Shown: positions 23,701 to 35,935 of the stretch, piece by piece
Layout: every line of letters starts with the position of its first letter
How positions within the stretch are numbered: position 1 is the first letter of the stretch
Assembly: GCA_030704615.1 (NCBI GenBank)
Contig: CM060733.1
Location: forward strand, 30,690,001-30,754,000
Source of the DNA: Takakia lepidozioides
Lineage: Eukaryota > Plantae > Bryophyta
Direction of reading: 5' to 3'
DNA: 64,000 nucleotides
The notes under the pieces: generated by a model
What the model saw: the letters and a program-made list of their open reading frames with translations, nothing else
Told to the model about the DNA's origin: nothing
Database searches by the model: none
Program-made: the position numbers and the translations under genes

Positions 23701-26365
23701 TGACGGTGTTGAGGAGAGAGCTGGTAGCAGCAAGAAGAATCTTGTAGAAGCGGAAATTGTTGTTCACTTGATTGGCAGAATACAGCTTTCAGGTAGCAAT
23801 CATCTCCTTCTTTTTAGACAATTGCGTCAGGTAAAGAAGAAATGGTCCTCAAGTTTTAGACAGCTTTCAGAATTGGGTGTTCATTCCATTTAATGCCCTG
23901 GTTAAAAAGTTGCAAAACACCACATATGAGTTTGGCAGATTCTATAGGGGTCTGTAATGCGCTCTCTTCCACTGCTGTTGCCTGCAATGAAAGCAGCTAT
24001 TTGGGTTGTCTGTTCCCTCTTGATTGCAGCTGTTGGAATTGTTAACTTAGTGGTTGCTGACTGGCAAGTTCACGTCAAATCCAGTGTGTGCAGCATTCGG
24101 CGATCTTCATGGGCTTGATAACAAACCCGTGAGCATTGGGGTAATATCTCCATATGAGGGTCAGGTAGAGATTGTTAAGCAGTGCCTGAAAAGCAGACGC
24201 ACTTCAGAAAGTCCTGGATTAGGATTGGACCTCATTGATGTGGAGGTCAAATCAATCGATGGCTTCCAAGGGAGAGAAAAAGATATCATCATATTTTCTG
24301 CTGTCCGAGCAAATAGAGCTGGCAACATAGGCTTCTTGGACAATGAACGCAGGCTAAATGTTGCACTGACTCGTGGCAGGTGCTTACCTTTCTACACCCT
24401 GATTCGTCCCCTTCCCAACTGCCCGCCCCCATTAGAGGTTTTATAAATCTTCCCTTTGTCTAGTGGTTTATTATCTTGCCGGTGAGCTGCCCAATTCTCT
24501 CTTGTCATGAAATTCCTTGCTCGTTCCTTGTGTCTTGATTCTGTTCATACCTTTTATGGCCACAAGGCTGGAAATAGGGTAAGATGACAGTACATGCTGA
24601 AGAGACTAGACTGAGCAAATGAAGGTGAACAGTCAGAAGTGGCAAGGCCAAGGGTTATGCCTTTGGATAGCAAGCAGCAAATACCAAGGGGTATTCTCAG
24701 AGCAAGGGAATCCTCAGGGAGGATCTGATGTGAGTGTCTGGGGAAGGAGAAACACTGACCTGTTCTTGAGAAACAAGACTGACAGCATAGCATGCTAGAT
24801 GAAGTATGGTACTCCTTGGCAAGTAGCAAGATGAGGATTCAAGATTGGGTGTTTAACTTGCTCATATGGTGACCATTAAGAGTCTGGTTTTACTATGATA
24901 AGACTGGACTGTGATAGGTGATCTTCCTTTCTCATAGTACACTGTGCAAAGCTGATATACTCTTCCAAGCACTGCCACCTCCTAGTGGGTGTATGTTTAT
25001 GGAAAGTAGATACACCCAATATCCAAGATTTTAGCCATGTACACATTCTCCTCCATCAAGAAGCAAGGGGTGTTTAGTCTCCGCATTGGCACATGGGCAT
25101 TGCAGCAGTGAAGTAAGACGTTACTCACCTGGAAGGGCCTTGATTCATTGACCAAATTATTTTCCTCAAAAGAAACGACTTAGTCTGAGCCATGTGGAAA
25201 GGCTGCAGCAACTGGGTTGTCACAGCTGCTTTCAGACTTTCATTTAAGCCACTGATTGCAATTGCAATCAGGGCATTGCCTCTTCTAGACTTCACAACTT
25301 TCAGAATGTGGTTGACAGGTACTCTCTGTGGATTCTTGGACGCGCCCTGACATTGACTGCCCAGAGCAAAGTCTGGAGAAATTTAATTCAGGCAGCAAAG
25401 AAAGCGAATTGCTATGTTGATGCTTCCTGTGATGAGAAGATCAGGGGAGTGATATGGAGTTCGAAGAGGGAGGTTGAATTAACGTGTGCACCTGAAAGAG
25501 TGGAAAAAACTACTCGTGGAATTGGCAGGGGCAGCAGCAGTGAGATGAGCCAGTTAGCAAATGGACAACAAACCAGAGAGGTTGGTATGACTAAACTGTC
25601 TTAGCAGTACTTGCATATTTTTATCTTCCGTTGTTGCTCTCATAGTACTTGGTTTAGTCAATTGAGAATCACTTGCAGGGTGTGCTGGGCAGATCCCGGG
25701 CCTTGTCCCTCCTGAAGCCAGTTGAAGTGATAGAGCAACTAGCAGCTGGTACAGTTTGGAGGCAAGGCCCAGATATATCTGGATGGGACCAGCCTTCAAC
25801 CTCCATTGGAAGCTCCACAGAGCCTAATTGGAGAGAGCAAGCAGCAGCTGGTCCGGTGTGGCGACAAGGACCGGATATATCTGGATGGGACCAGCCTTCA
25901 ACCTCCATGGGAGGCTCCACAGGACCTAATTGGAAAGAAGTGAGGGAGCAATCAGTCGCTGTTATGGTGCAGCCGCAAAGACTTAGAGTGTCTGGGTGGG
26001 ACAAGCTAAGCCCGATTGTAAGTTACCGGGAGGCTGAGTGGGGGAAACTGCATGGCCAGCAGTTTTCATGGCGCACTGGGAGTCAATGCAGAACACCTCA
26101 ACGTGAAAAGTTGAGGAGATACCCTGAGTCACTTGAAACTGAAAGGTGCCAATCTGCGAAAGGTGAGGAGGAATCAGAGAATGGAGGACCACAAGTATCA
26201 GGAGTAGACTGGTCTACAGCAGTCATTGCCAGTTCTATGGGACCTGATTGGAATCAGGTGGTTGTCTTGCCACAAGTATCTGGAGCAGACTGGTCTACAG
26301 CAGCCATTGCCAATTCTATGGGACCTGAAAATCAGAGGGTTGTCTGGCCACGGCACGGATGGTAA
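20709..26365 (+). CDS. SF1 SEN1/Upf1-like helicase (DUF6469-like N-terminus, AAA_11, AAA_12) with an N-terminal ParB/Srx-like domain and C-terminal Trp/GW repeats
   Basis: Phase-compatible GT-AG exons: 20709-21188, 21347-21913, 22109-23272, 23468-23792, 24094-24379, 25319-25580, 25679-26365. Motifs GPPGTGKT, CAPTN, DEAAQ, GDHKQL, SLFERL, QYRMHP, ISPY, IDGFQGRE and RRLNVALTR are intact. A further short 3' exon (26512-26585) is possible. Confidence 0.9.
25740..26330 (+). repeat. Coding tandem repeats in the helicase tail
   Basis: Two 102-bp units (AAGxVWRQGPDISGWDQPSTS...PNW) and two about 81-bp units (PQVSGxDWSTA...MGP). Confidence 0.85.
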
Positions 26366-27727
26366 TCAGGGGGAAGGGTTTGCCTGCACCTTGGAACCCT
26401 GCAACACAATGGACGTGACGGTTCGTAATTTTGTGATGTTGGCATCTTCTACTTGTCTTGTCACAAGATCTCTGGGAATATCTAGCATTTCATTCCATTC
26501 TTTTCCTCCAGGTCCTCCTTGTAAATACTCCTTTTCTCTTCCAGGCGAGCGAGTTTACCTCCCAAACAAGAACTCTGGTACTTAGGTGGGCACGACGCCT
26601 CCTTGTAAATTGCGCTTCCCTAAGTGTAGCACCCCCAACAACTGCGACAGCCTTGTTATTTCAACCTGTCCTGGTAGAAACTCATCTGCAGGAGTATGAA
26701 GGCCACCGAACAGACTTTTGGATTCAGTTGGCCACCAGTACTTGTGTATCATATGTTTTGGTTTGGTAGTCGTTAGGACCACCAGATGCATTATTTCTGC
26801 AATTGCCAGGCTCTCTTCCCCTGTGCCTGCCTCCAGTAAAGTGTCTTGTACTGCAATGACCTGTGCTTTTAAACAAAAGACTGACAACAGCTTCCTTAGT
26901 CTCTCGTCACTGCCTCTATTTCCAACTACAAAAGTAGTCTCCTACATCTCTCTCACTTGCTCCTAGTTGTTTTAGTGCCATGCGCTGGGCCTTCATCTTC
27001 AGGGTAACTAAGAATCTGAATGTAAACAACAGAACCATCTTGGAGCATTCTAAATAATCTATGCCCTCAAACTGTTGAAGGACCCAGTGTCGTGGTCCCA
27101 CTGCCGCTATGGACTATTTGTACCAGGCAGCGAATTTGTGGGGATAATGGAGTCTCTTTCCCCCTCTGACTTCGAATCCGTCTCCGACTATGACTACTGT
27201 CCAGAACCTTCATTGTCCCCAATCTCAATTATGCTCTTCATCTCGTGTCCTCACAGACCACAAAGATGTAAGATCTGTACTCATTAAGTACCTCAAACTT
27301 GAAAGCAGGTGTTTGGAAATGCATGTCAAACACGGGAGCCAAATTGCTCAGCCAGAAGAAGAGTGCTATCTAAGGAGATAGCCACAAAGTTACTGAGAAG
27401 AAGTAAGAGGGGCTGTAGATTAGAAGAAGAAAGGTAGGGGATTGTGTACATGCAACAATACTAGCATAGAATGGGATGAAGGGTCCTGCTGTTAGTGAGA
27501 GTGGATGGTCAGATTGGCAAGCCATGTTCTTGATAATTGTCAGTTTGAGACACTGAATTGTACAAACCACTAATTGTGGAAATCATATTGTAATTTGTAA
27601 GGGCTGCTGCATCCCTCCTGTTGTTTTTCAGAAATACTCAATGTAATTGAGTAACTGTATTCTCGGCAGATGGGAAGATTAAGTTTTGATTGGATACAGC
27701 ACCGCCATGGAATCCCCAAAATAACCG

Positions 27728-28200
27728 AGATCTTGCATCCAGATCTGTTATTGCCTACTGTGATCACATTCACAGAATATTATCAGTGCATCCTCCACAA
27801 AGGATATTGACTTGTCAGGAGTCTTGGAACCTCATAGAAGCAGCAGACTCTTAATCTTGGCAAGGGGGGCTCCCCCATCCAATAAAAGAATGGATAACCT
27901 TCCATATTCCAATTCCCTATGTTTCCAGCCCACCCTGGGGATTAGTTTTAGGTGTGTTAACGTACCAATCTGATGATGGAAAACACAGGCTTCTGTACTA
28001 TGTAAGTTTAGTACAGACCACAGTAGTATCAACCTTCTTGGTGTGTTCACCTCTTAACAAGAGCTTGTTGACCAGTTAAAAGGAGAGTGACAAGGTGGAT
28101 ACTTGAGCACCACTCCTAGAGTAAGTGTAACGCCAGATGCAAACACTGGAATCACAATCAACATTCATCTCCCAACTTAAATGTTCGACAACAGCAATGC
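27728..28200 (+). repeat. Dispersed duplication, paralogous to about 40938-41410
   Basis: Shares CTTGGAACCTCATAGAAGCAG, GGATAACCTTCCATATTCC and CTCCCAACTTAAATGTTC. Confidence 0.8.
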
Positions 28201-30426
28201 AGTGAGCATATGGCTAAACATACATCCCACATGTTTACTTCCATTACTTTCCGAACTCACGAGTCACTACACAAGATTGCAAAGTATGTTCAAACGTGTA
28301 GGAGTATAAATCACAAGAAGAACCCATGATCTCATACCCTTCACCAACTAAACTGTATATGCTTGTTTCTGAATGTAGAGAGAAGTTGCACAGGGTGGTC
28401 TGCCTATTTCTAGCAGGAGGATGGTGCTCCAGAGCGAGGATCTCACGTAGTATAGTGTGGTTGAAGATAGATTAATTGAAAGATATTGGGGATCAGCCGT
28501 TTAAATGTTGCCTAGTACGATATGGCAGATATGGACATTTATCAAAGGACAATCGCATATACTTACTACTAATTCAAACGGCTGGTGTTTCGCCACAGGT
28601 ATTATACTTAAATCGTATTTTTCAAAAACATTATGTGCTATGGCTGTCTCAAAAAGAAGTTCTCATTTCTTGGCTGGTTTAACATGACCCAGAAGCTAAC
28701 TTAATGGCTTCTTTATGAGAGACTCTAGAATCTAGATCTCGAACATACTGTTTACCAGGCTTGAATCTCGAAAGTCTCGCGGTCAGTCTCAGCTAACCAG
28801 TTCGGAAGGGTTAGCTGACATGTTAACAGACATCTCTTTTGTGTTTTTTCTCCAAAGGGAACCGTACAGGGCTCCGACAGGATATCCGGTGATGGCCTTC
28901 AGCACCTCGACTACATACCTCGTTCTTTAGTTTTGTTTCCCCTGCGAGGTAAGATGTAGTAATGGGGCAAACACCACAATAATCGTTTTCAGCAGTGGGT
29001 CGTCATGAGTCCAGTCTCCACCACAGTAATCAACACTTATACCCACACTTTCCGTTGTATTTTGATAGAGGGTAAGGCTTTCCTCACAAATAACGGAAGT
29101 TTATCATTGAACTGTGAAACAATTATGGACTGGCAGCTCCAGTCCGGACTGCCTCGTGCGCCAGTATACGTGCGAGTGGCAACTTCAGCTGTGCAAGCTA
29201 CCGCGAGTACCAAGGCCCAGCCCATTAAGGGTGTTCAGCTTTTGAGGCGCCAGTAGACTTTATCTACTTACTAGAATTTCGTTGGTTAGGAGAGTACTAC
29301 TGTACAGCAAACACATTTAAGTATGTAGTTTTCAACGTAGAAGAAATCGAGTTTTATTATAAGATGGTGACTAGTGGTGACTAGTGGTGACGAATAAGGG
29401 AGCAAGCTCTGCGGTGTGGAGAGTTGAGAAGCAACATGAAGAATATTTGCATGATTCTCTTCGCTTTTTCCTAATCTCGGTTACAAACTGTAGTATGTAG
29501 ATTCATGCAGTCCCTTGCTATTCCCTCTCCAACTGACTTTACCCTGCCCTGTCATTCTGTGTAGTCGGCTTTGTGGATCCGCTGGACGTCAACTTTATCA
29601 GCATGTAAGTATTCTCATGTAAGTTCAGAAGAAGAGATAACTTAGAGTCGAGCAGTTGGGTGAGTTCACGGTTTTCAACAGCTGAAGTGTCAGTTTGAGT
29701 GTTATCTTCCTGCGGCATGAGCACAGTTTGCTGTCGAATATCATTACTTGAGTATGGAGCTGGTCCCTGACTGAAGACCTGATGAACCGTGCATACAGCC
29801 TAGACGAGGTAAGTAGCTAGCTTGCATTCATAAGAAACTGTGTCTTACGCATCTCGGCCAGCAATTGAGCTTTAACGCATCAACCTACTAGAACTATGTG
29901 CAAAGCTTCAAATATACCGGTGTCGAGACCGATGACCTTGCGTTGCAGCTCATGCGCAGTCTCCTAGAATCTTCCCGGCTTTCGATCTTGCTCTCAAAGC
30001 TATAAGCTCCTCAATAAGATGCTGCATCGAGAGACAGATCGTTCGAGCAGACTTGTAGTAAAGGTTGTTGCATCTTGAGAATCTCGGGTCTGTAAGTATG
30101 ATGCTCATGAATTCTGGGTGTATGTGCTTGATTTTAACAAGCCAACGATTTTAGACCTGTTCTTCAAAAAGGTTTCTGATTTTTTTTGCGGGTGAGTCCT
30201 AGATACCTTCCGTGTAAATGCACGTCTTTTATGGAATACGGCTTTCGGTCGACTTGTTGCGTCGGGTGCAAGTGGATTAATGATTTAGAGAACTGTGAAG
30301 ACTTTTCTCATCAGTATGTACATGATTTCGTTCATCATTCCTAGCGTGATCTTGTGATACGTATATTCTCCATTCTGATACATCTCTGGATGGTATGCCT
30401 CAACCTCTGGACAAACATCGTGTGCA

Positions 30427-32436
30427 ATGGCTAATAAGGCGCAGGCTTTATTAGTGTGGGTTATATTCCACTGGTCAACACTGATCCAAGGAGCCTTCGC
30501 AAACGGAGCACAGTACTTCATACCGCCAAAACCTTTGGTGCCGGCCTTCTTTGTATTTGGGGACTCTCTTGCTGACCCAGGCAACAACAACTACTTATAT
30601 ACAGTGGCCAAGGCAAACTACTTACCCTATGGAAAGGACTTCGACACACACATGCCAACAGGAAGGTTTTGCAATGGACGCACTGGAATGGATGTCTTTG
30701 GTGAGTAAAATGATGCTGGTCACATGGCCTTGCAAATTTCTGCAGCCCCACTAAGAAAATTCGAATTTCAGTTGGGTACAAGTCTTGATACTACTTGTCT
30801 ATTCATGCCTCAAACTGATCTTCTTTAATACCATGAAGTGAATGTAAGGGGTACTGTCTGTGGATTCAGATTAGAAAGTGGAAGGATTTTGGTTAGACTC
30901 CCGAAAGTTATGGAAAACAGGTTTGCATAGAGATTTGAAAATCTTCAACTCTAAGATAAAGTTTCTCGCATGTAGTTTGTTGTGCATGGCCCGAACTAAT
31001 ACCTACCTAGTCTTTTGGTTAACTGGCAGCTGAGTTGTTGGGTTTGCCCTTGGTGCCACCATATCTCGATCCCGCAACGAAAGGTGATCGGCTACTGCAG
31101 GGCGTGAATTTTGCATCAGGGGCCACGGGCATCCTCAATCAAACTGGCTTCGAAGCTGTACGTTTGTCAGGTTTATGTCTTGCAAGAGACGTCGTAAATG
31201 GTTTAGTTGACGTTCAATGCATGGTCGCCCGAATTGGAAATTTCACTGTGTCAGGTTTCCAAGAAGATTAACGGATGATGTGAATAATGGCAGGGCGAAG
31301 TTATGTCATTGTCAGGGCAGATAGAGGCCTTCCAGAAAGTGAAGGAAGAAATTTATGGGATGATTGGGCCTGAGGCTAGCCGCAATTTCTTTGCCCAGTC
31401 ATTCTTCTACATCATCGCTGGGAGTGACGATATAATCAATGGATACTATGGCCTTGTGCCAAGCGAGCTGCCCAGCCTGTATACACCGTCTGAGTTTGAA
31501 GACCTACTTATATCAACGCTCTCTTCTCAGATTGGGGTCAAATCCTATTCTCGATACAGCTTCGAATAGCACTGCAAAAGTGCATTGCCATCAAGCTTGT
31601 GTGTAAACTTACTGATATATTGGAGGTAAAATGCAGCTCTGAAATGTAGATCTTCCTGGTAGGGCGTGCAGATTTCTAAAGTGGACCGAAGTCAACTGGT
31701 ATGTGTGAAATTGAAGTTGAGTCCTTTCAAATTTCCTCAGGACTTTCTTGTTGCAGTTTCTCTACAGTCTGGGGGCCAGAAAAATTGGAGTGGCTGGTCT
31801 TGGACCACTGGGGTGTGTGCCCTCACAGCTCAGCTCGTACCACAGCGTGGGGGCATGTGTGCCTTTTCTGCAGACCGCGGCTCTGAGTTTTAACAGTGCC
31901 ATAGTAAGCATGCTCGCTAACTTGAGAGCCAGGCTGCCAGGGTTAGGGGTGGTGTACACCGATTTTTTCTCCATGCTCCTCAATGCAGTCCAAAATCCTC
32001 CAGCTTATGGTGAGTGGAAAAACTACCATCTTGGTTTTGATTGTCATAAAATTCTTATACATTCCAAGTTGAGCATGGTCAGGGCATACTTCAGTTCAGA
32101 GAGTGGATGTTGCAAAGACAGCACTTGCAGATTTTGACTTGCTTAAAAGACACAGTCCTGAGAGGCTCTCAACGCCATCCGTCCTACTTACATAAAGAGA
32201 TGAAGCAAACATTCAATGACTTTGCAGGATTTTTAAATGGACATACCGGATGCTGTGGCTCTAACAGCCTTGGAGGATGCACCCAGCTCAGCCTCTGCGA
32301 GAACACCCAAGACCACATCTGCTGGGACTGGTTTCATCCGACTGATAAGATGTACAGAGAGCTCATAAAGGCCGTCTTCTTCAATGGCCCTCCCTTCAGT
32401 ATACCAGTGAGTGTGCAGCTGCTAGTGCTTTCGTAA
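30427..32436 (+). CDS. GDSL esterase/lipase (secreted)
   Basis: Exons 30427-30700, 31030-31157, 31294-31536, 31757-32009, 32228-32436. Hydrophobic N-terminus, then [34 protein letters not shown] and WDWFHPT; classic 5-exon GDSL layout. Confidence 0.95.
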
Positions 32437-33162
32437 TGTGTCTCTTCTCTTACAAAACATTGCGAAACTTAATCTATTATTACTCTATCTGTTCCTGCAC
32501 ATACATAACATAATACAAAACTGTATCGCCCATTCTTTTTCTTTTTTTGTTTTTTAAAATTAGAAACACCCATTCTTTGTCCTCTGTTCTTCATCCCACC
32601 TCCCAACTCACCCGGATGTTACGCCCATGTTGCCCTCCAACCTACTTCAGGCAGTAGGTTGGGATGACTGATCAGTTGAATAGCTTAGTTTAGCTTGCTT
32701 CTCTTTCCCCCCTTCTTTGTCCTTTCCCAGGTTTTGGGGTTTTTCTATCCTATGGACAATTCAACTAAGGATATTAATGGTTCTAAATTCCCTAGTCCCT
32801 AGTCAAATACTGTATACTCTTAATTGTCTAACGTAAACTGTATGAACATGATCTCAATCCATTAATGCTTCTCATGTTAGGTATTGGGTAGAGCACCAAG
32901 ACGAGTCTTCGTCCTTTTCATGTCAGGTCGCTCATCTTTCACTAAACTCTAACTCTATCCTTGTATTATTTAGAAAAACAATGTCCTCTTCTGCAATTGG
33001 AGGCTAGATACACTATACTGTTCAATGAGCTTCAACAATACCTCCCCCCTTTTCATTGCTGGAATTGAGACAGGACTTCTAAGTTCCCTTGATTTTTTTG
33101 GGGCCCACTTGTTCACACATTACGGTAATGAAGACTCCCTGAACGTTCTAGTTATTTTAGGG

Positions 33163-33215
33163 TGAACCCAGGTGTTTGTGGGAGAGCCGCCCATTTTGAC
33201 AAACACCTGGGTTCA
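33163..33215. repeat. Perfect 17-bp stem-loop
   Basis: TGAACCCAGGTGTTTGT, a 19-nt loop, then ACAAACACCTGGGTTCA. Confidence 0.8.
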
Positions 33216-33849
33216 ATCTAACATAGCAATGGTGTTATGAAAGACCTTGTTCTGATGGTTGACAAGGGGGTGCTGAGAAATTGGTGGTTTGACGGTTTGG
33301 TGTTGATATAAATAATACAATACATGCACACTGTACAATACAATATGTAAAAACCGGTAAAAACATGAACTTGTTTTAGACTGAGCTCATAACCCTTACA
33401 TTTACATACACTCGGAAACGTACTACTTGCCTATCAAGCATTGAAAATATAAATCCCAAATAAAATGAATCTCTTGGAGATTCACAAATGGATTCTCGAA
33501 AGAAACACATTCTATTTGGTTCAAGGGTTTTGGGCTTGGTAAAGTCCTACCAGGTGCAATCTCTTTGAGGATCAATTTGCCTATGATGGACGTGTTGTGC
33601 AGTTTCAAAAGACCTTTCCTGCACAGTTTCACAGGCCGTTTTCACCACTGATCCCCACAAGGAAAACCCCATTGAAGTGATGCAAGTGGTTGGCATCCCT
33701 TACAACTGCTCACCCAAATATCTTTGAGATGATCCTTGTGGCCAGGTGACAATCACCACACAAGAGGTTTGTGCTTATGTGTAGCATCCCCAGATCCTCA
33801 TGAACCCAAAGGCAACAGTCAGCTTCACACTATGGTAGTGGAGAGAGAT

Positions 33850-34340
33850 TTCTTTTTCACCTCATGCACATCATGTAATATGAAGGGTGTTTCAAGCACT
33901 TGCCTGGCCTACTGCATCAGCCGGGGATACACTTTGTGTCCAGCTGAAGCATGTGTTCAATAGGAGCACATCAGGCGTGGTGGTGTCATGGGTCCTTGTT
34001 GAGAATGGTGTTCGCCACACGTTCTGTTATCTCCACATCACCATGAATTCTACAGGCACCCAGTAAGGTCCTCCATACACCAGGTTCAATTGGCATTTTC
34101 TTGATGAAGTCCTCTGCCTCATCCAATAGCCTTGCACGGCCAAAAAGATCCACCATGCAGCCAAAATGCTCCATTGTAGGAGTGAGGGCATGATCTCGAC
34201 TTATGGAATCAAAGTAGTGGCATCCTTCATCCACTAGGCCCACGCGGCTACATGCAGAGATCAGACATACAAATGTGATAGCATTCGGCTTCAAGCCTTC
34301 TTGTTTCATTTTTTCAAAAAGTTTCAGGGCCTCCCAAGTA
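33850..34340 (-). pseudogene. PPR P2-L2-S2-E fragment
   Basis: Encodes SACSRVGLVDEGCHYF...HFGCMVDLFGRA...LLGACRIHG; truncated. Confidence 0.9.
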
Positions 34341-34737
34341 TACCCTTTCCTGAATCATTCGCTCATATATCGTCAAAGCTCTCTTGCATGGGAACTTTCG
34401 CCCCATGTTTTCTCATCAATTTTCTACTGGAATGTGCATATCCAGGTCTTCTAACCTTCCTCCACCAGCTCCCACCTCCTAATGCAAGAACAAGAAGAAA
34501 ACATGAGTCACAACTGCAACATTGTACACTATCTACCCTCACCAAAGCCACTACCCAAATAATTCAGGTAATACAATAATGGGGTGCAGCAGTCTTCACA
34601 ATGTTTTGGTTATTCTATGTCCTCCAGCTGCAATGCTCCTATACAGAAACATGTCCAGTAAGGAGGCTGCACAGTCCCACCCACACCATGCCCCTCAACA
34701 CACTGGGACCCCCAAACACCACTTACAGATGGGAATA

Positions 34738-35137
34738 TCAGTTGACATTGCTCATTTGAATCCAACTGCATCTGCCTCTCATATCTCCTGAGTTGATGTC
34801 ATATGCTAGATCATCTTTTTCATCAACCCTGGATGAACAATCGTACCCTGACACAGTCATATGAGTTGGACTGCCTGCACTACAATCCGCCAACGGAAGG
34901 TCAGGAAGTGAAGAGCTACAGAAAAGAGCCCACCTCAGGAAAAGGATGTCGAAAATGGAACACCAACGGTACGCCTGCCATGGCGAAGCGCTGCACATAC
35001 ATCTGGCGCTTCATACAGGAGACGCACTGGGGAAAGAGTCGTTGCATGCCTGTTTCATTTCTGACGAGCAGGCACCCCACGTGGCGCAGCAGCCCAGTCA
35101 CATTTCTTGTATTTGTCTGCCTGGCTATGTTGCAATA
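34738..35137 (-). pseudogene. Inverted pseudo-copy of the last exon of the HNH-like gene
   Basis: Reverse complement matches about 40185-40600 and encodes QRLFPQCVSCMKRQ. It lacks the DHIPPN codons and has a 5-nt insertion. Confidence 0.85.
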
Positions 35138-35249
35138 CTGGCATGCACATCAATCAATAAGGATAAGTTCTACACGATGAATCCCTCTAAGACTTTATTT
35201 ACAACATGTACAATGGGGTGAACGTGCATACAATGAGAAGTTCCCAAAA

Positions 35250-35935
35250 AGGGGGGGAGGAACAAGAAACAAGAGAAGAAAACAAAAAGCTATAGTAAGC
35301 TACTCAGCTAGAGAAGAAAACAAAAGCTATAATAAACTACTCAACCAGCGACGAAAACCGAAGCTATAGTAAACTACTCAAGCAGAGCAACCCTCCCAAC
35401 CAACAACCCGGAGGAGATCAGGCAAGGAGATAGGCAAAGTGTCAGAGGCGGAAGATGAGATGACGCGGAGCTAGCCACATCAGCCCGATGTAAAATAGAG
35501 ATGGTTTGTGCTCTCTGCGAAGCAACTGAAACACGTTGTCGATAGTAGGCGACAAGGACGGAGGCATGTGGGATGCCGGTGGACCCGCTCTTGGCTGCAT
35601 GATGTGCACATGTCCGTAGGAAATTGTCGAAGTGCCGGTGCAATGAGCCAAATATCTCGACCGCCAGTGGAAGAAATATGTCGGTAAGGTGACGATCGCT
35701 GTAGTTGCACTCCTTTGCCTGAGATGCTACAGTGGCTGCCGTGCCTGGTGTGGTAGCTGCGCGAGATAGCATATCCGCTCGAGTGGGGTCGACAAGAACG
35801 ACATCTGCTAGGGTACGCAAACCATCTCTAGATAGGACGATGTCAACGTAGAGTGGGACGTGAGCCGTAGATGTGGTTGCTCACGCAGTACATGATACCT
35901 GGCTCCCGAGCAATAGATGCCACCGCGACGCAGAT
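35250..35935 (-). mobile_element. 3' part of a CRE-like non-LTR retrotransposon (restriction-like endonuclease domain)
   Basis: Encodes LADVVLVDPTR...QAKECNYSD...FLPLAVEIFG...RQRVSVASQRAQ. The 3' UTR has three short tandem repeats at about 35280-35380. Confidence 0.8.

Noticed and set aside
27240-27335. C2H2-like motif (CKIC...H...H) as an extra helicase exon
   Set aside because: It is interrupted by a stop or frameshift and has no supportable splice path from the helicase.
31420-31432. GDSL block III GSDD instead of GSND as a novel catalytic change
   Set aside because: This variant occurs in other plant GDSL proteins, and the catalytic Ser and DxxH are intact.
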